64,000 nt of DNA from a virus, in IMG/VR virus record IMGVR_UViG_3300012930_000012, positions 9,468 to 73,467 of that record; one strand, written 5' to 3'. The notes below the pieces were generated by a model that was given only the letters and a program-made list of their open reading frames with translations, did not search any database and was not told the origin of the DNA. The position numbers and the translations under genes are program-made. Below are positions 45,920 to 55,518 of the stretch, in pieces; positions within the stretch are counted from its first letter, which is position 1; every line of letters begins with the position of its first letter.

Positions 45920-47082
45920 GGGAATCTTCCCCTCGCATTGAAAGTGATGGGAGGCACTGGCGGGCCGACTCGTGTGCGTAAAGAAGCCACAGCACGGGCC
46001 AGCGCAAAGAGGCTTACGCCCACGAACCGGGATGCCATCCCTACCACGCCCGCCGCTGCTGTAATATTCTTACCAACTTGACTCAGTCTGCTGGCCATGG
46101 GCGCGCTCTCCGCCTGAAGTGATTTGCCAACAGAGGTGATATCCAAGGTTGCCGCCGGGGCGGTCTGCGCTGAGGCGCCCACCGGTCGTCCCTGTGTTAA
46201 GGTGGCCAGAACCGAACCCAACGCCGGCAGCGCAACGGCGACCTGTTTCCCCAGAGAACCGATCGTGCTCCCCACCACCGTAATCACCTTACCCACCACG
46301 TTTCCTAGCTGAGCCATCGATACCGCTGACGCGCCCCTGAGCAAGCCCGACAGCCGCGAAACCGTCGCAACCGGCGTGGTGGTAGCGGCTAAGGGGACAG
46401 TGGCTCCCTTAGCCGCTGTAGCCGCTGGCGCCGTCGCAACGGCCAGGGGGGCGGTAGTCTGGCGGGCGGCTTGGGCTGTGGGGGCGGTTTGCGCCTGGAC
46501 AGGAACGGAGGTGGCCCTGGTTGTGGAAGCCACCTGGGTGGCTAAGGCTAAAAGCGCCTTGGCAACTGACTCCAAGGCGGTGGCCGTCGTGGTGGCTAAG
46601 GCTAGCGCGACTTTGTTGTTGGCTCGAAAAAGCGTTGCCGAGGGATTCGTGGACGCCGCTGCCGGCTTGCCGGTTTGCCGAACGTCCGTGGCCACGGGTG
46701 CCGTGCTCGCGGCAAGCGGCTTGCCGGTTTGATTTGTGCGGGTGGCTGATGGTGACGTGCTTGCCTGGAATAATTTGGACAGAGATCGTACAAGGGAAGC
46801 AAGCGGTGAAGTTGACGCTTGTAGAGATTTTGCGGTCAGATTATCCAGTGAAGCGGTGGGCGAACTTGAGGCATTAACTGGCTTGGAGGTGGCATTATCT
46901 AACGAAGCACTAGGGGAACTTGAGGCGCTGAGCGGCTTTGTAGTGGCATTGGCCAATGAAGCGCCTGGCGAACTGGTTGCCTGAAGGGAGCTTGTGTTTG
47001 AGTTCGGCGTCGCCTGGGGCCGGAGCCGCACGTCCGGCGGGCTCGCCTCCCCCGCATAGAGCTTCTGGATGTCAAAAGTCAT
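45916..47082 (-). CDS. Ala/Thr/Ser-rich fibre-shaft protein with 18-aa repeats
   Basis: NATTKPLSASSSPSASLD / NATSKPVNASSSPTASLD / NLTAKSLQASTSPLASLV ... at least 11 units. Confidence 0.7.
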   Translation of the reverse strand: MTFDIQKLYAGEASPPDVRLRPQATPNSNTSSLQATSSPGASLANATTKPLSASSSPSASLDNATSKPVNASSSPTASLDNLTAKSLQASTSPLASLVRSLSKLFQASTSPSATRTNQTGKPLAASTAPVATDVRQTGKPAAASTNPSATLFRANNKVALALATTTATALESVAKALLALATQVASTTRATSVPVQAQTAPTAQAARQTTAPLAVATAPAATAAKGATVPLAATTTPVATVSRLSGLLRGASAVSMAQLGNVVGKVITVVGSTIGSLGKQVAVALPALGSVLATLTQGRPVGASAQTAPAATLDITSVGKSLQAESAPMASRLSQVGKNITAAAGVVGMASRFVGVSLFALARAVASLRTRVGPPVPPITFNARGRFP

Positions 47083-47378
47083 GACGCCGTGAGGGTGTTG
47101 GTGGATGTGCCGAAGATGTCGGGGGCGCCGGTTAAGTAATCCACGGTGAAGAAAGTCAAGCTGCGATCCCCAGCAATCTCTACCGCATACAAGCCATTTG
47201 CATCGGATATGGCTCTTCCCCGCCACGCCTTTGATACCGTTTCGAACACATCCACCGTGCAAAAGCCCAAGGCGGCGCCGTTAAGGTCCCTGGTTACCCC
47301 AGATACGGTATAGCGGGACGTTTGCTCCGGGGAAACGAAGAACCTTCCGGCGTTGCTGATCCCAATTGCTCCCGGCAT
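47079..47378 (-). CDS. Small prealbumin/carboxypeptidase-regulatory-like virion protein
   Basis: VSGVTRD.NGAALG.CTV..F......SDANG.Y. Confidence 0.6.
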   Translation of the reverse strand: MPGAIGISNAGRFFVSPEQTSRYTVSGVTRDLNGAALGFCTVDVFETVSKAWRGRAISDANGLYAVEIAGDRSLTFFTVDYLTGAPDIFGTSTNTLTAS

Positions 47379-48070
47379 CAGTTTAGCGACTGAATAGCCG
47401 CGAACTGCGTCGTGATGGATCCCGCGGTCGTGCCCCAAATGATTGACACACCGATGCCCGTAGCAATGCCTACATCGACTGTAGCGACCGACGTACCACC
47501 CATCGTGAGAACAAACGGCGCGGACCCGGTTGTAAGCAAGCCCTGAGTCTTGAATTCGCCCCAACCGATAAAGGTCGAGTTCGCACCGGCCGTTGCCGAG
47601 ACAGCGCGACAGAGGACATAAAGATCAAGAAGCCATGGACGGTTGGTTGTGGCGCCGGGCGAGAAGAGCGCACCGGAGGCGCCAAGTGACGAGCTAGTGA
47701 CGAGAAGACCCACACGTGGCGTGAGGGTTATAGAGCCAGTGGAGGCCGGCAATGTGATGATGCCACCCGCCGTTATTTTGTAGACCTTCCCCGGTTGGGC
47801 ATCATTGGCGTTGATTGGTGTGTTAATGGCAACGGGCCAGAGGAGAGCTTCTGTCGTCACCGTCGAGTAGGTAAGCAAATCAGCCAAAATTGGCGGCTGG
47901 ATTAAGTCCATGAAATTTTGCCGGGACATCATAGCCCAGGCGGAATCCGGCACTATCGACCGAATGATAGCCGGAGACTTGGGAACGAACGGAGCCCGCA
48001 AACGGACGGCGCTTACATCGATCTTTTTGATCCGATCATGGTCAGCTGGTTTGAGTATCATGGCAATCAC
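47378..48070 (-). CDS. Virion structural protein (paralogue of 50043-50702)
   Basis: IN AN...GK.Y.IT..G pattern; C-terminal QSLN. Confidence 0.65.
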   Translation of the reverse strand: MIAMILKPADHDRIKKIDVSAVRLRAPFVPKSPAIIRSIVPDSAWAMMSRQNFMDLIQPPILADLLTYSTVTTEALLWPVAINTPINANDAQPGKVYKITAGGIITLPASTGSITLTPRVGLLVTSSSLGASGALFSPGATTNRPWLLDLYVLCRAVSATAGANSTFIGWGEFKTQGLLTTGSAPFVLTMGGTSVATVDVGIATGIGVSIIWGTTAGSITTQFAAIQSLN

Positions 48071-48522
48071 CCTGGGACAAACTTAAGACCGAACGTGAAG
48101 GCAATGCTGTCGGCGGACACCACGTTGACTGCGGAAAATACCGAGCGGATGAGCATATTGCCCGCCGATACCGCATCAAAGAGCCCAGCCTCAGTAATAG
48201 CGAGGGTAGAGCCCGCCGTTACCGTGCCAGCCACCTGGTAGTTATCATTGGTGTTGGTCACGGTCGTGCGCGATTCGGTGCCCACAGTGCGCCCACCGGC
48301 CGTGGTGGGAGCACTCTCTGTTTGAAGCGCCGTATCGGTGACCGCCGCGGCGTTGGTGCCGATGCCCCAGCCAATATTCTTGGGTGCCGTACCGGCTTGG
48401 ATGATGCGGTTGGTCACAATGGCTGCGCCCGCGTTGGTAAACACGGTCGCCAATAAGATGATGCCGCCGGCAATGGCGCCGCGCAGCGCCCCTTTAAGGG
48501 AACCCAATGCTCTGGTGTTCAA
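48067..48522 (-). CDS. Fibre anchor-like structural protein
   Basis: TNAG...IGWG.G....DTAL..E...ITEAGLFDA...GNML.R..F..VN....DSI.FT. Confidence 0.65.
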   Translation of the reverse strand: MNTRALGSLKGALRGAIAGGIILLATVFTNAGAAIVTNRIIQAGTAPKNIGWGIGTNAAAVTDTALQTESAPTTAGGRTVGTESRTTVTNTNDNYQVAGTVTAGSTLAITEAGLFDAVSAGNMLIRSVFSAVNVVSADSIAFTFGLKFVPG

Positions 48523-48771
48523 TTAAGCCTCCTTGGTCCAACTGTGGACGACGACCGAGTCTATCGCAAAGACTTCGGCGATGCGCTTGCGATCCTCGGC
48601 TGTCGGAGTTAATTCGCGCAGCGTAATGGTGTGGGTGTCCCGCGGATCGACGGGCACAAGTTCAATAATGGAGCACGGCATGTCTCCCTCGATGTCGTGT
48701 CCCTCCGGCGTCTTGGCCGGCACCTTAACGGTGGTGTCGTGCCGGCTGTGCACTGTGTACTTCTTTCCCAT
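48523..48771 (-). CDS. Hypothetical protein
   Basis: RBS AAAGGAG; start MGKKYTV. Confidence 0.55.
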   Translation of the reverse strand: MGKKYTVHSRHDTTVKVPAKTPEGHDIEGDMPCSIIELVPVDPRDTHTITLRELTPTAEDRKRIAEVFAIDSVVVHSWTKEA

Positions 48772-48776
48772 GGGTA

Positions 48777-49043
48777 TCATCTCCTTTCGATGAATTTGGC
48801 CAGATCCTTGAGTCTTGCAGCAAACCAAAACAAGAGCCGAGCTAACGGCGGCACCTCCGCCGTAACCTCAGCTTTGACCAACTGATGGTCCGTCAAGTTG
48901 GGCGCCCCCTGTCCGCACGCCGGGCACGCTGCCAGCGCCCGAGGATTGGCGGCGCCGCACGCCGGGCACGCCGGGATACGGACCAAACCCAGCTGAGCCT
49001 CGAACCGAACCTCCCGCTCACCTTTCTTGTTGGTTACGGTCAT
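48777..49043 (-). CDS. Zn-ribbon protein
   Basis: CPACG..N......CPACG. Confidence 0.55.
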   Translation of the reverse strand: MTVTNKKGEREVRFEAQLGLVRIPACPACGAANPRALAACPACGQGAPNLTDHQLVKAEVTAEVPPLARLLFWFAARLKDLAKFIERR

Positions 49044-50032
49044 GAAAGAACACCTTCCGCGTCTTGCTCGTTTCTAATAAGTCCACGTGCCGCCAATTGG
49101 GGAGATATTACACCGGCACCGAAGAACAGGGGGGAGGTCGTGGCTGCCCCAGAATCCTTGGGGGATAGTGCTTCGTTTATGAATGCCGCCATGACGGCGC
49201 GGGCGCTAAACACATCGAGGGGTTCCAGCGTTTCCGCTACGTCAGCCTGAAAGAAGAACCCGGCCGTTTGCGCATCTTCTAATGATAGGGTCTCCTGTAC
49301 AAAGGAAACCATGTGCTGGTTTGCCGACACCTCATCAAGAGGGTTAACGACTTCTTCGATGAAAGAGGCAAAAGTTTGGCTAGTTGAGAATGCATCGGTC
49401 GGCGTCACGTTTTCTTGTATGGAAGCGCTCGCCCTTAATGCGGCGGAGAACGTAGCAACAGGCGTTAAGGTTTCTTGAATGGAGGCGCTTGTCAGTAACG
49501 CGGCTGAAACTGTGTCAGCAAGCGTTAGGGTTTCTTGGATGGACGCTATATAGGTGGCGCTGTACTGACTTAATTTCCGACGTTGTAACGGATACGGGCG
49601 GCCGGCGTAGTTGTGTAGAATGTAGTCTTGCCGGGCAAAAGCGACGAGCCGGTCCTTGCCCTTGCCTGGTGGCGGTCCTTTAGGTGGCTTGGGTGGCGGC
49701 TTGTGCGGTGGGGGAATAAAAGGCGGTGGTAGAGGCCCTTCCGATGTTGGCGATGCGCGGAATCTGTGTGGACGTGGAGAAAATCCGTATGGTCCAAAAC
49801 CATCGTCTTTCTGATAGAATCCAATGGGTGACCGGGCAGCGGCAATCCACGCTTCCACCGCAACCCTGGTGATGTTAACAGTTGTTGCTGGTGCATCAAC
49901 GGTAACCCAGGCTTCCACGGCCAGGCGAGTGACCCGCGCGAAGTTGCCGGCAGGGCCGGTTTGTATAGTCTCCTGCGGGCGAAATCTCCAAGGTGGAACG
50001 CCGAGGAAGCTGGGAGGTCCGATACTGGCCAT
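49040..50032 (-). CDS. Fibre-shaft protein with Pro-rich linker and seven 20-aa repeats
   Basis: YIASIQETLTLADTVSAALL / TSASIQETLTPVATFSAALR / ASASIQENVTPTDAFSTSQT ... Confidence 0.7.
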   Translation of the reverse strand: MASIGPPSFLGVPPWRFRPQETIQTGPAGNFARVTRLAVEAWVTVDAPATTVNITRVAVEAWIAAARSPIGFYQKDDGFGPYGFSPRPHRFRASPTSEGPLPPPFIPPPHKPPPKPPKGPPPGKGKDRLVAFARQDYILHNYAGRPYPLQRRKLSQYSATYIASIQETLTLADTVSAALLTSASIQETLTPVATFSAALRASASIQENVTPTDAFSTSQTFASFIEEVVNPLDEVSANQHMVSFVQETLSLEDAQTAGFFFQADVAETLEPLDVFSARAVMAAFINEALSPKDSGAATTSPLFFGAGVISPQLAARGLIRNEQDAEGVLS

Positions 50033-50042
50033 TCATTCACGA

Positions 50043-50702
50043 TCAGTTCAAGCTCTCATACGTAGCTTGCTGAATTTGAATGTTCGTTGGGTTGGTGTTA
50101 ACGGAGAATTGCGCCGTCACGGAAAGCGCCGTCGCCGACACGAGATCCAATGTGCCAACCGCGGCCTGGCCCGAGGCAGGGATCAGGTCAACGCGTCCGG
50201 TAACCGAGGCCGATAAACCAAGGCAACACCACCCTGAAACAATAAGCGTGCCGGGGTTTCCCTTCGTCCGGCAAGTAAGCCTAAGCTGTATAATGACTTG
50301 AGCATTCGTCTGTGCTACAATGTTCAAAGCAATGGCCGCGCTGGCAACCAAGAGCGTGCCGGCGACGCCACCCCAGCGACAACGGAACGTGAGCGTGCCG
50401 GGGGTTGTTACCACGTTGCTCATCTTGCCGATGAGGGTGATCTGAATCGTTCTTCCCTCAACCAAGTAGTTTGCCGGCACGGTGAAATCGGGAACAAGAA
50501 CCGTCTCGGCCGTACTGTTGCTTATTTGCGTTGCATCAGTAACCGAGGCGGAGAGGGTTTCCTCCCAGGAATTCGTGGACATTCTGGCATACTGGGATGG
50601 ACTAACCTTTGATATGATCGCCCGCAAAGGAACGTAGCGTGGAAGCTCGACCTTTGATATGATTATAGAGGGGGCTACACCGGACATGAGTTGATGCTTC
50701 AT
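50043..50702 (-). CDS. Virion structural protein (paralogue of 47378-48070)
   Basis: VPAN....G..I.IT..G...TPGTLTFR..WGG..GT; C-terminal ESLN. Confidence 0.65.
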   Translation of the reverse strand: MKHQLMSGVAPSIIISKVELPRYVPLRAIISKVSPSQYARMSTNSWEETLSASVTDATQISNSTAETVLVPDFTVPANYLVEGRTIQITLIGKMSNVVTTPGTLTFRCRWGGVAGTLLVASAAIALNIVAQTNAQVIIQLRLTCRTKGNPGTLIVSGWCCLGLSASVTGRVDLIPASGQAAVGTLDLVSATALSVTAQFSVNTNPTNIQIQQATYESLN

Positions 50703-50715
50703 TTTGATTTTCCTC

Positions 50716-52239
50716 TTACGATGAAACCTTTGGCCCTATTTGAAGAGCATTGACGGCGGCCGGTAACCACGCCAAGCCGGTGGCGGGATCAGTGCTCTTG
50801 AATGAATTGAACTGCGAGAACGAGGTGGTCAGCGCGTACTCGGTGCTGTCAAAAGCAACACCCCCAGAGCTGGCCGTGATCTTAAAGCCCCTTGCGGTAG
50901 CTTGAGACTTCTGCACCAGTGCCCGCAAGTTAACGCCTACCACACTTGCCGGCGTGTACCAGAGCCCAAAGATATTATAGAGGTCCGAGTGGCCAACAAC
51001 ATTGTCTTGGAGGTAGGTGGTGAGCGTATCTTGAAATTCGTCACTCACGCAACCAGCATTGTTCGCGGTTAGCGTGACTGATATTGTAGGCGATTGGGCT
51101 GCCGGCGCCGCCACGTTGAGCCCGGTCAAGGAGTTGGGGAAGCCAGACACGTAGCTCCCCGTATAAACGAACTCGGTTCCACCGCTGGTCGAGCTTACCG
51201 TACAGTTGGTGTCTGTTAGAATGGCGAAGAAGTATGAATAACCCTTCATCATCCCAACTGGGTTGGCGAACGTTGCCGTATTGGCCCCAGTGGCCGGGTT
51301 GACAATTTCATTTGAGACCGCGATCAGCGTCCCCGGCTGGTTGTCCGGCACACCCCCCTGAACATTACCATCCGCCAGGTAAAGGGCTATCTTGGCCTTC
51401 CCCGTGAACCCCGCATTCATAGCAAAGGTGCAGGAGGAAAACACACCCCCCTGGGTCACGGAAAATCTAGTGGTCGTCCACAGCTGATTGGCCACAATGG
51501 CCCGGGTTGAGTTTGAGGTCGATATGCCAGCAACCAAGCTGCCTGTACTTACCCGGGCAAAGGCCGTAGAGATATCCAAAGTCGGCGGGAGCTGAACAGC
51601 TCTAACATCCCCAATCCAATCATTGGGCGTGTCGCTAACGTTGCCGTTATAAAAGAGAAGATCATCGAACCTGGTGAACGATCCCGACTCCTTGCGCAAG
51701 CAGACGGCGTTCGCGTAGTTGTTGGCTGTACCGCCGCGGGTGTTGACGCCCGTGACGACGTACGTGTCCGACGTGGCCCCGTCCTTTCTGATGTGGACCT
51801 CGCCGGCCGTGTTGTGAATGATCGCCTTGATCTGAAACTGGTGCCAATCGTTGGCCACCGGGAGCGCGCCCAGGAAGGTGGCCAGCACGGCCCCGCCCAC
51901 GGCCCCGGAGTAAACGACGATCGAACCGTTGCCCTGGAACGCCACCGTGCACTGAGCCGTACCGCCGTCCCTGAAGGCAACCGCTATCATGGCCACCGCG
52001 GCTGTGTTCACGGTCGCAACCGCGATGCTGGCGAACCATGTGGCTTCGTTCGTGCTCCCGGTCTTGGTAAAACAATCTCCGGCAAACCCGGAGTTGTTTA
52101 TGAGGATGCACTGACCCGTTCCAAAGCGGGTGAACGTGGCATCGATGTTGGCCCCAACACCCGAGGTCTCCCAAAAATTGGCCCCGCCATCCGTGACGGC
52201 AGCGTACCAATCAAAGCCATCGCCGATGAAATACGTCAT
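50716..52239 (-). CDS. Lectin/beta-sandwich receptor-binding-like virion protein
   Basis: FIGDGFD.Y start; WH..QIK...H..AG; DDL.F; C-terminal DPATG.AW..AAVNALQIG. Confidence 0.65.
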   Translation of the reverse strand: MTYFIGDGFDWYAAVTDGGANFWETSGVGANIDATFTRFGTGQCILINNSGFAGDCFTKTGSTNEATWFASIAVATVNTAAVAMIAVAFRDGGTAQCTVAFQGNGSIVVYSGAVGGAVLATFLGALPVANDWHQFQIKAIIHNTAGEVHIRKDGATSDTYVVTGVNTRGGTANNYANAVCLRKESGSFTRFDDLLFYNGNVSDTPNDWIGDVRAVQLPPTLDISTAFARVSTGSLVAGISTSNSTRAIVANQLWTTTRFSVTQGGVFSSCTFAMNAGFTGKAKIALYLADGNVQGGVPDNQPGTLIAVSNEIVNPATGANTATFANPVGMMKGYSYFFAILTDTNCTVSSTSGGTEFVYTGSYVSGFPNSLTGLNVAAPAAQSPTISVTLTANNAGCVSDEFQDTLTTYLQDNVVGHSDLYNIFGLWYTPASVVGVNLRALVQKSQATARGFKITASSGGVAFDSTEYALTTSFSQFNSFKSTDPATGLAWLPAAVNALQIGPKVSS

Positions 52240-52737
52240 TTACCCACGCTCTACGTAATCCAGCCCACCGGAAAGATGCACTGTGCCAGACGGAGCGTTT
52301 AACAGCTCAAACACGACCGCCTGCTGCAATGTGTTGTTGCACGGTATGGGTATTGGCTCTTGCCCCTCCGAGGCGGAGTCGAACCCGGTGTTGACGTAGC
52401 AGCTCTGCTCATCCAAAGTTACCGCGGTGCCGTTCGTCCCGGACTTGGATGTATCGTTCGTGTGCGCCGTACATTTGGCGGCCGAGTCCCCGGGATCCAG
52501 GGGGGTGGGCGTTGGGGTTGCGCCGCCGGACCCTGGCGTGACCGTTGCCGGCAAGAAGCGCAGCCGGAGCGCCATCATCTGGGGCGACGGAACTGCTACA
52601 TCCGTGGCGCACACCCAATAGCGCACGATGTCGATGGCTTTGAAGTTGGCCACGCTTGTGGGAAGCAATAGCGTGACGAGATCCTGGGGTTGCCCGGCGA
52701 GTACTTGTTCAAATGGGATTCGATAGAGTCTGGGCAT
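52240..52737 (-). CDS. Virion structural protein
   Basis: In the late arm; TP.PLDPGD.AA motif. Confidence 0.6.
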   Translation of the reverse strand: MPRLYRIPFEQVLAGQPQDLVTLLLPTSVANFKAIDIVRYWVCATDVAVPSPQMMALRLRFLPATVTPGSGGATPTPTPLDPGDSAAKCTAHTNDTSKSGTNGTAVTLDEQSCYVNTGFDSASEGQEPIPIPCNNTLQQAVVFELLNAPSGTVHLSGGLDYVERG

Positions 52738-52738
52738 A

Positions 52739-53572
52739 TCACATACTCAACTGCCAAGAGACATTAAGCTGGTCGCCCCCAAACACAGCACGGTCTCCTG
52801 TAAGAAATAGCCCGGCGGAAAAAAGTATGCCGGTGGTGCTGTCGATGGTACTGACGGCACCCGCACCGAATACCAAGAAGGCACCCTTAACCGTGCCGGT
52901 GCCGGTGAATGTGAAGTTTACGGCCACGGAGGTGGCCTTAACCCCGCCGGCCGCGGCGGAGAAGGCAACTGTTCCTCTGGGGGCGGTGTATGTTGGCGGG
53001 TTGGCAAGTCCGGCTTCCAGCCAGCCACCGTGCGCGGTCATAGTGTCGCTGAGCTTGATACCGTAGGTGACGTTGCCGCCCGTAATGGTGCTGGCGCCGA
53101 GGCCAATCGTGCCGGTGAAATTGAGCGTCGTGCCCGTCGTGCCGGCGGTGGCCACCCAGGTACCGTTGAGGCCGGCGAAGCCCCCCGTGCCGGTAAGAGT
53201 GTTGAGCGTAAACGAATCGCCGACGGCCAGGTTGTGGTTGCCGGCGGTGGTGATGTTGACGGCGCCCGTGCCGTTGTTGTAGGTGCCGCTCGTAATCGTC
53301 GTGATAGTGGGGCTGTACCCGGTTAAGGCTATGAGCCCCATGAAGGGTCCGGTCACGCTGTAGGCGGAGCCGGATAATGATTGATCCTCCATCGCGTTCT
53401 TGCCAACGGTGACGACGAGATTTGGAAATTCCTCTCGCCACACAACTTTGCCTTCACGCACAAGCTCGGCTGTGAACACGCCACAGGGTTTCAGCTTTTC
53501 AGCAACGCCACAAACTCCGACGAGCGCCGCATCCACGCTGTCATCTGCATTAAGTGTCTCGCCCATGTTCAC
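52739..53572 (-). CDS. Fibre anchor-like protein with an inserted beta-domain
   Basis: W.E.FPNLVVTVGKN...GW.E....Y...R...GTVKGAFL...G.LFSAG.F; GTG start after AAGGAG. Confidence 0.65.
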   Translation of the reverse strand: MNMGETLNADDSVDAALVGVCGVAEKLKPCGVFTAELVREGKVVWREEFPNLVVTVGKNAMEDQSLSGSAYSVTGPFMGLIALTGYSPTITTITSGTYNNGTGAVNITTAGNHNLAVGDSFTLNTLTGTGGFAGLNGTWVATAGTTGTTLNFTGTIGLGASTITGGNVTYGIKLSDTMTAHGGWLEAGLANPPTYTAPRGTVAFSAAAGGVKATSVAVNFTFTGTGTVKGAFLVFGAGAVSTIDSTTGILFSAGLFLTGDRAVFGGDQLNVSWQLSM

Positions 53573-53645
53573 TGTCGTAGTCTCCTTTTGGAGGTATGCG
53601 CCCGGCAATGCGCCGGGCGCAGCATCTCATAAAAGTCGGTACTTT

Positions 53646-54080
53646 TTAAGCGTTGGGAGTGAACGCGATATCGCCGCTGGCCGCCTCGGCCGGGACGACC
53701 GTGATGGTGCCCGTGCTCACGATGGTGTCCACGCCTGGCGTAGGATCGCCCTCGGCCGTGACGGTAACGACAACATCCCCCAGGGCGCCGGCCGCATCCG
53801 TGGGCACAAAGTTGGCCGAAAGGCCATCGGGTGCAACGGTCATATCGAGAACCCCGTCGGTACCCATTGCCCACGTTGGCACGCCAACGATGGCAGCCGG
53901 ATTGCCTTTCTTATCCTTGTACGACGCCGACGCGGAAACGCCATTCGAGTCTGATTTGATCGTAATCTGCGACATGTCTTCTCCTAACGGCGCAAGAAAG
54001 AGTTGACCGGACACGGCTCTGTGGCGCTTGCGCTTTCGCCCTTCACCCCGGCATGTAAAGATATTGAAGACAAGTTTCAT
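53646..54080 (-). CDS. Ig-like small protein with two possible starts (54080 and 53975)
   Basis: D..GNPA...G.PTW...V.VTA..D...G; both ATGs have an SD sequence. Confidence 0.6.
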   Translation of the reverse strand: MKLVFNIFTCRGEGRKRKRHRAVSGQLFLAPLGEDMSQITIKSDSNGVSASASYKDKKGNPAAIVGVPTWAMGTDGVLDMTVAPDGLSANFVPTDAAGALGDVVVTVTAEGDPTPGVDTIVSTGTITVVPAEAASGDIAFTPNA

Positions 54081-54133
54081 CTTTATGACTCCCTTTTCTT
54101 TGAGTCACGGCAACACGGCGCTAAGAAAATAGG

Positions 54134-54358
54134 CTAGTAGATGCGAGCAGCGCCCACCTGGCCAAACGGTATGAGCGGCACGCTACCGAGAAGGATGCCG
54201 ATGCAAAACACACCGGCCGCCACCGTCAAGATGAGCCACACCAACCACATGAACGGCGCGACGATTGCTACCTTTGATTCAATTACGCCAGCCATCCAGT
54301 AAATGACACCGAATACTAGACCATAGATGAACAGAGTCCAAATAAGGGCGAGCCACAT
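54134..54358 (-). CDS. Small membrane protein (2 TM), lysis cluster
   Basis: Two long hydrophobic helices. Confidence 0.6.
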   Translation of the reverse strand: MWLALIWTLFIYGLVFGVIYWMAGVIESKVAIVAPFMWLVWLILTVAAGVFCIGILLGSVPLIPFGQVGAARIY

Positions 54359-54364
54359 GGTTGT

Positions 54365-54643
54365 TCACTCCGGTGTGTTAGGGTCAAAGCGCAACCCGGT
54401 GGCGGCCAGCTGAGATTGACACGCCCCAAGTTGATTGGTCAACTCTTTGAGCGACACTTGGCTGCTGGTGTATCCAGTCCACCTGGCGGCCTCCTGGAGC
54501 CCCGGGATCTTCTCGGTGTGATAGTACCTGGCGGATACTATCCAACCAAAAAAGAACGAGGAGATGATCCAGACGCCCACGTCGTACTTGCGCCTGTGCA
54601 TAGTGACATCGGATTCTGCGAGCCTGTTGATTTGCATTTTCAA
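54365..54643 (-). CDS. Single-TM protein, i-spanin-like
   Basis: N-terminal TM followed by a helical segment with Cys; follows the holin candidate. Confidence 0.45.
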   Translation of the reverse strand: MKMQINRLAESDVTMHRRKYDVGVWIISSFFFGWIVSARYYHTEKIPGLQEAARWTGYTSSQVSLKELTNQLGACQSQLAATGLRFDPNTPE

Positions 54644-55065
54644 GGTCCTCCGGACTTACGGTTGACGATGTCCCTTGCCAGCCCTATGGCGTAATTGACA
54701 CCATCGCGGCCCATGTAGCCTGCACCCATGATGACCGGGGCGGCACCCCAATCCGGTACGAAACCCACGGCCCGCACCCCAAATAACGCCAAACCCCCCA
54801 CGAGGGGCGCACCAAAGGCCGCGTAGGCCAAAGAAACCAGGTCCAGGCCCGGTAAGTTGCCCGCTGCCACCCCAACCCCCCTGGCCGCGTCACGCGCTGC
54901 CTTGGCATCCAAGGCAGCCCGCCCCAGAGCCCCTATCATGGCGAAAAACGTGGCCCACCCAAAATCCCCGAGGGGGAAATCCAGGGGGCCGCCTAAGCCG
55001 CCGGCAGCAAGGGCGCTTCCCACGGCGGCCAGGATTAAGCCCCCGGCACTGGCTTCAGTCGCCAT
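54640..55065 (-). CDS. Holin-like membrane protein
   Basis: 3-4 Gly/Ala-rich TM segments and a basic C-terminus; downstream of the endolysin. Confidence 0.55.
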   Translation of the reverse strand: MATEASAGGLILAAVGSALAAGGLGGPLDFPLGDFGWATFFAMIGALGRAALDAKAARDAARGVGVAAGNLPGLDLVSLAYAAFGAPLVGGLALFGVRAVGFVPDWGAAPVIMGAGYMGRDGVNYAIGLARDIVNRKSGGP

Positions 55066-55195
55066 GTTAGAAGATCCAATCCATGCGGCGTACGGCACCC
55101 CATAACTCGCGGAGCGGTACGCCGTTTTGTAGATAGCAAATGGGGAACACGCTTGCGGCACCAAGCAAAAAAGCGACTGTAAGTTGGAGCATCAA

Positions 55196-55489
55196 TTATT
55201 CCGCCAGCTTGGCGGCGATGTCCGCTTTGAGCTTCTGGTAGCTGGCTTCGTAGTTGTCGCTGAACTGCTGGAGCTGGGCCGGCGTGGGTTCGGCGCCGCT
55301 TTTTATTTGATTGACCAACGCCACGGCCGTTGGCTCCGCGTTGATAAGGCCGTGGATGATCTTCTCACCAATCACCAAGGCCGGTGCCACCTCCGGCGCC
55401 ACAACGCCCACAGCGACGTTGGCGAAGGGTTCCAGGGCGGACACGATTTCGGCGACTTTCTGAGTGATCTTGTTCCAATCCAAGCTCAT
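55196..55489 (-). CDS. Amphipathic hypothetical protein, lysis cluster
   Basis: RBS AGGAG. Confidence 0.6.
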   Translation of the reverse strand: MSLDWNKITQKVAEIVSALEPFANVAVGVVAPEVAPALVIGEKIIHGLINAEPTAVALVNQIKSGAEPTPAQLQQFSDNYEASYQKLKADIAAKLAE

Positions 55490-55518
55490 AGGTTTCTCCT
55501 GTTGGGTAACGGGGTGAC

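Noticed and set aside
46600-46990. 54-bp periodic repeats as a possible diversity-generating or contingency locus
   Set aside because: They are explained by 18-aa protein repeats; there is no reverse transcriptase and no adenine-specific template/variable repeat pair.
53597-53620. GCGCCCGGC/GCCGGGCGC hairpin as a terminator (also the hairpins near 772-797 and at 39767-39805)
   Set aside because: No U tract follows on the coding strand; at most these are mRNA stability or processing hairpins.
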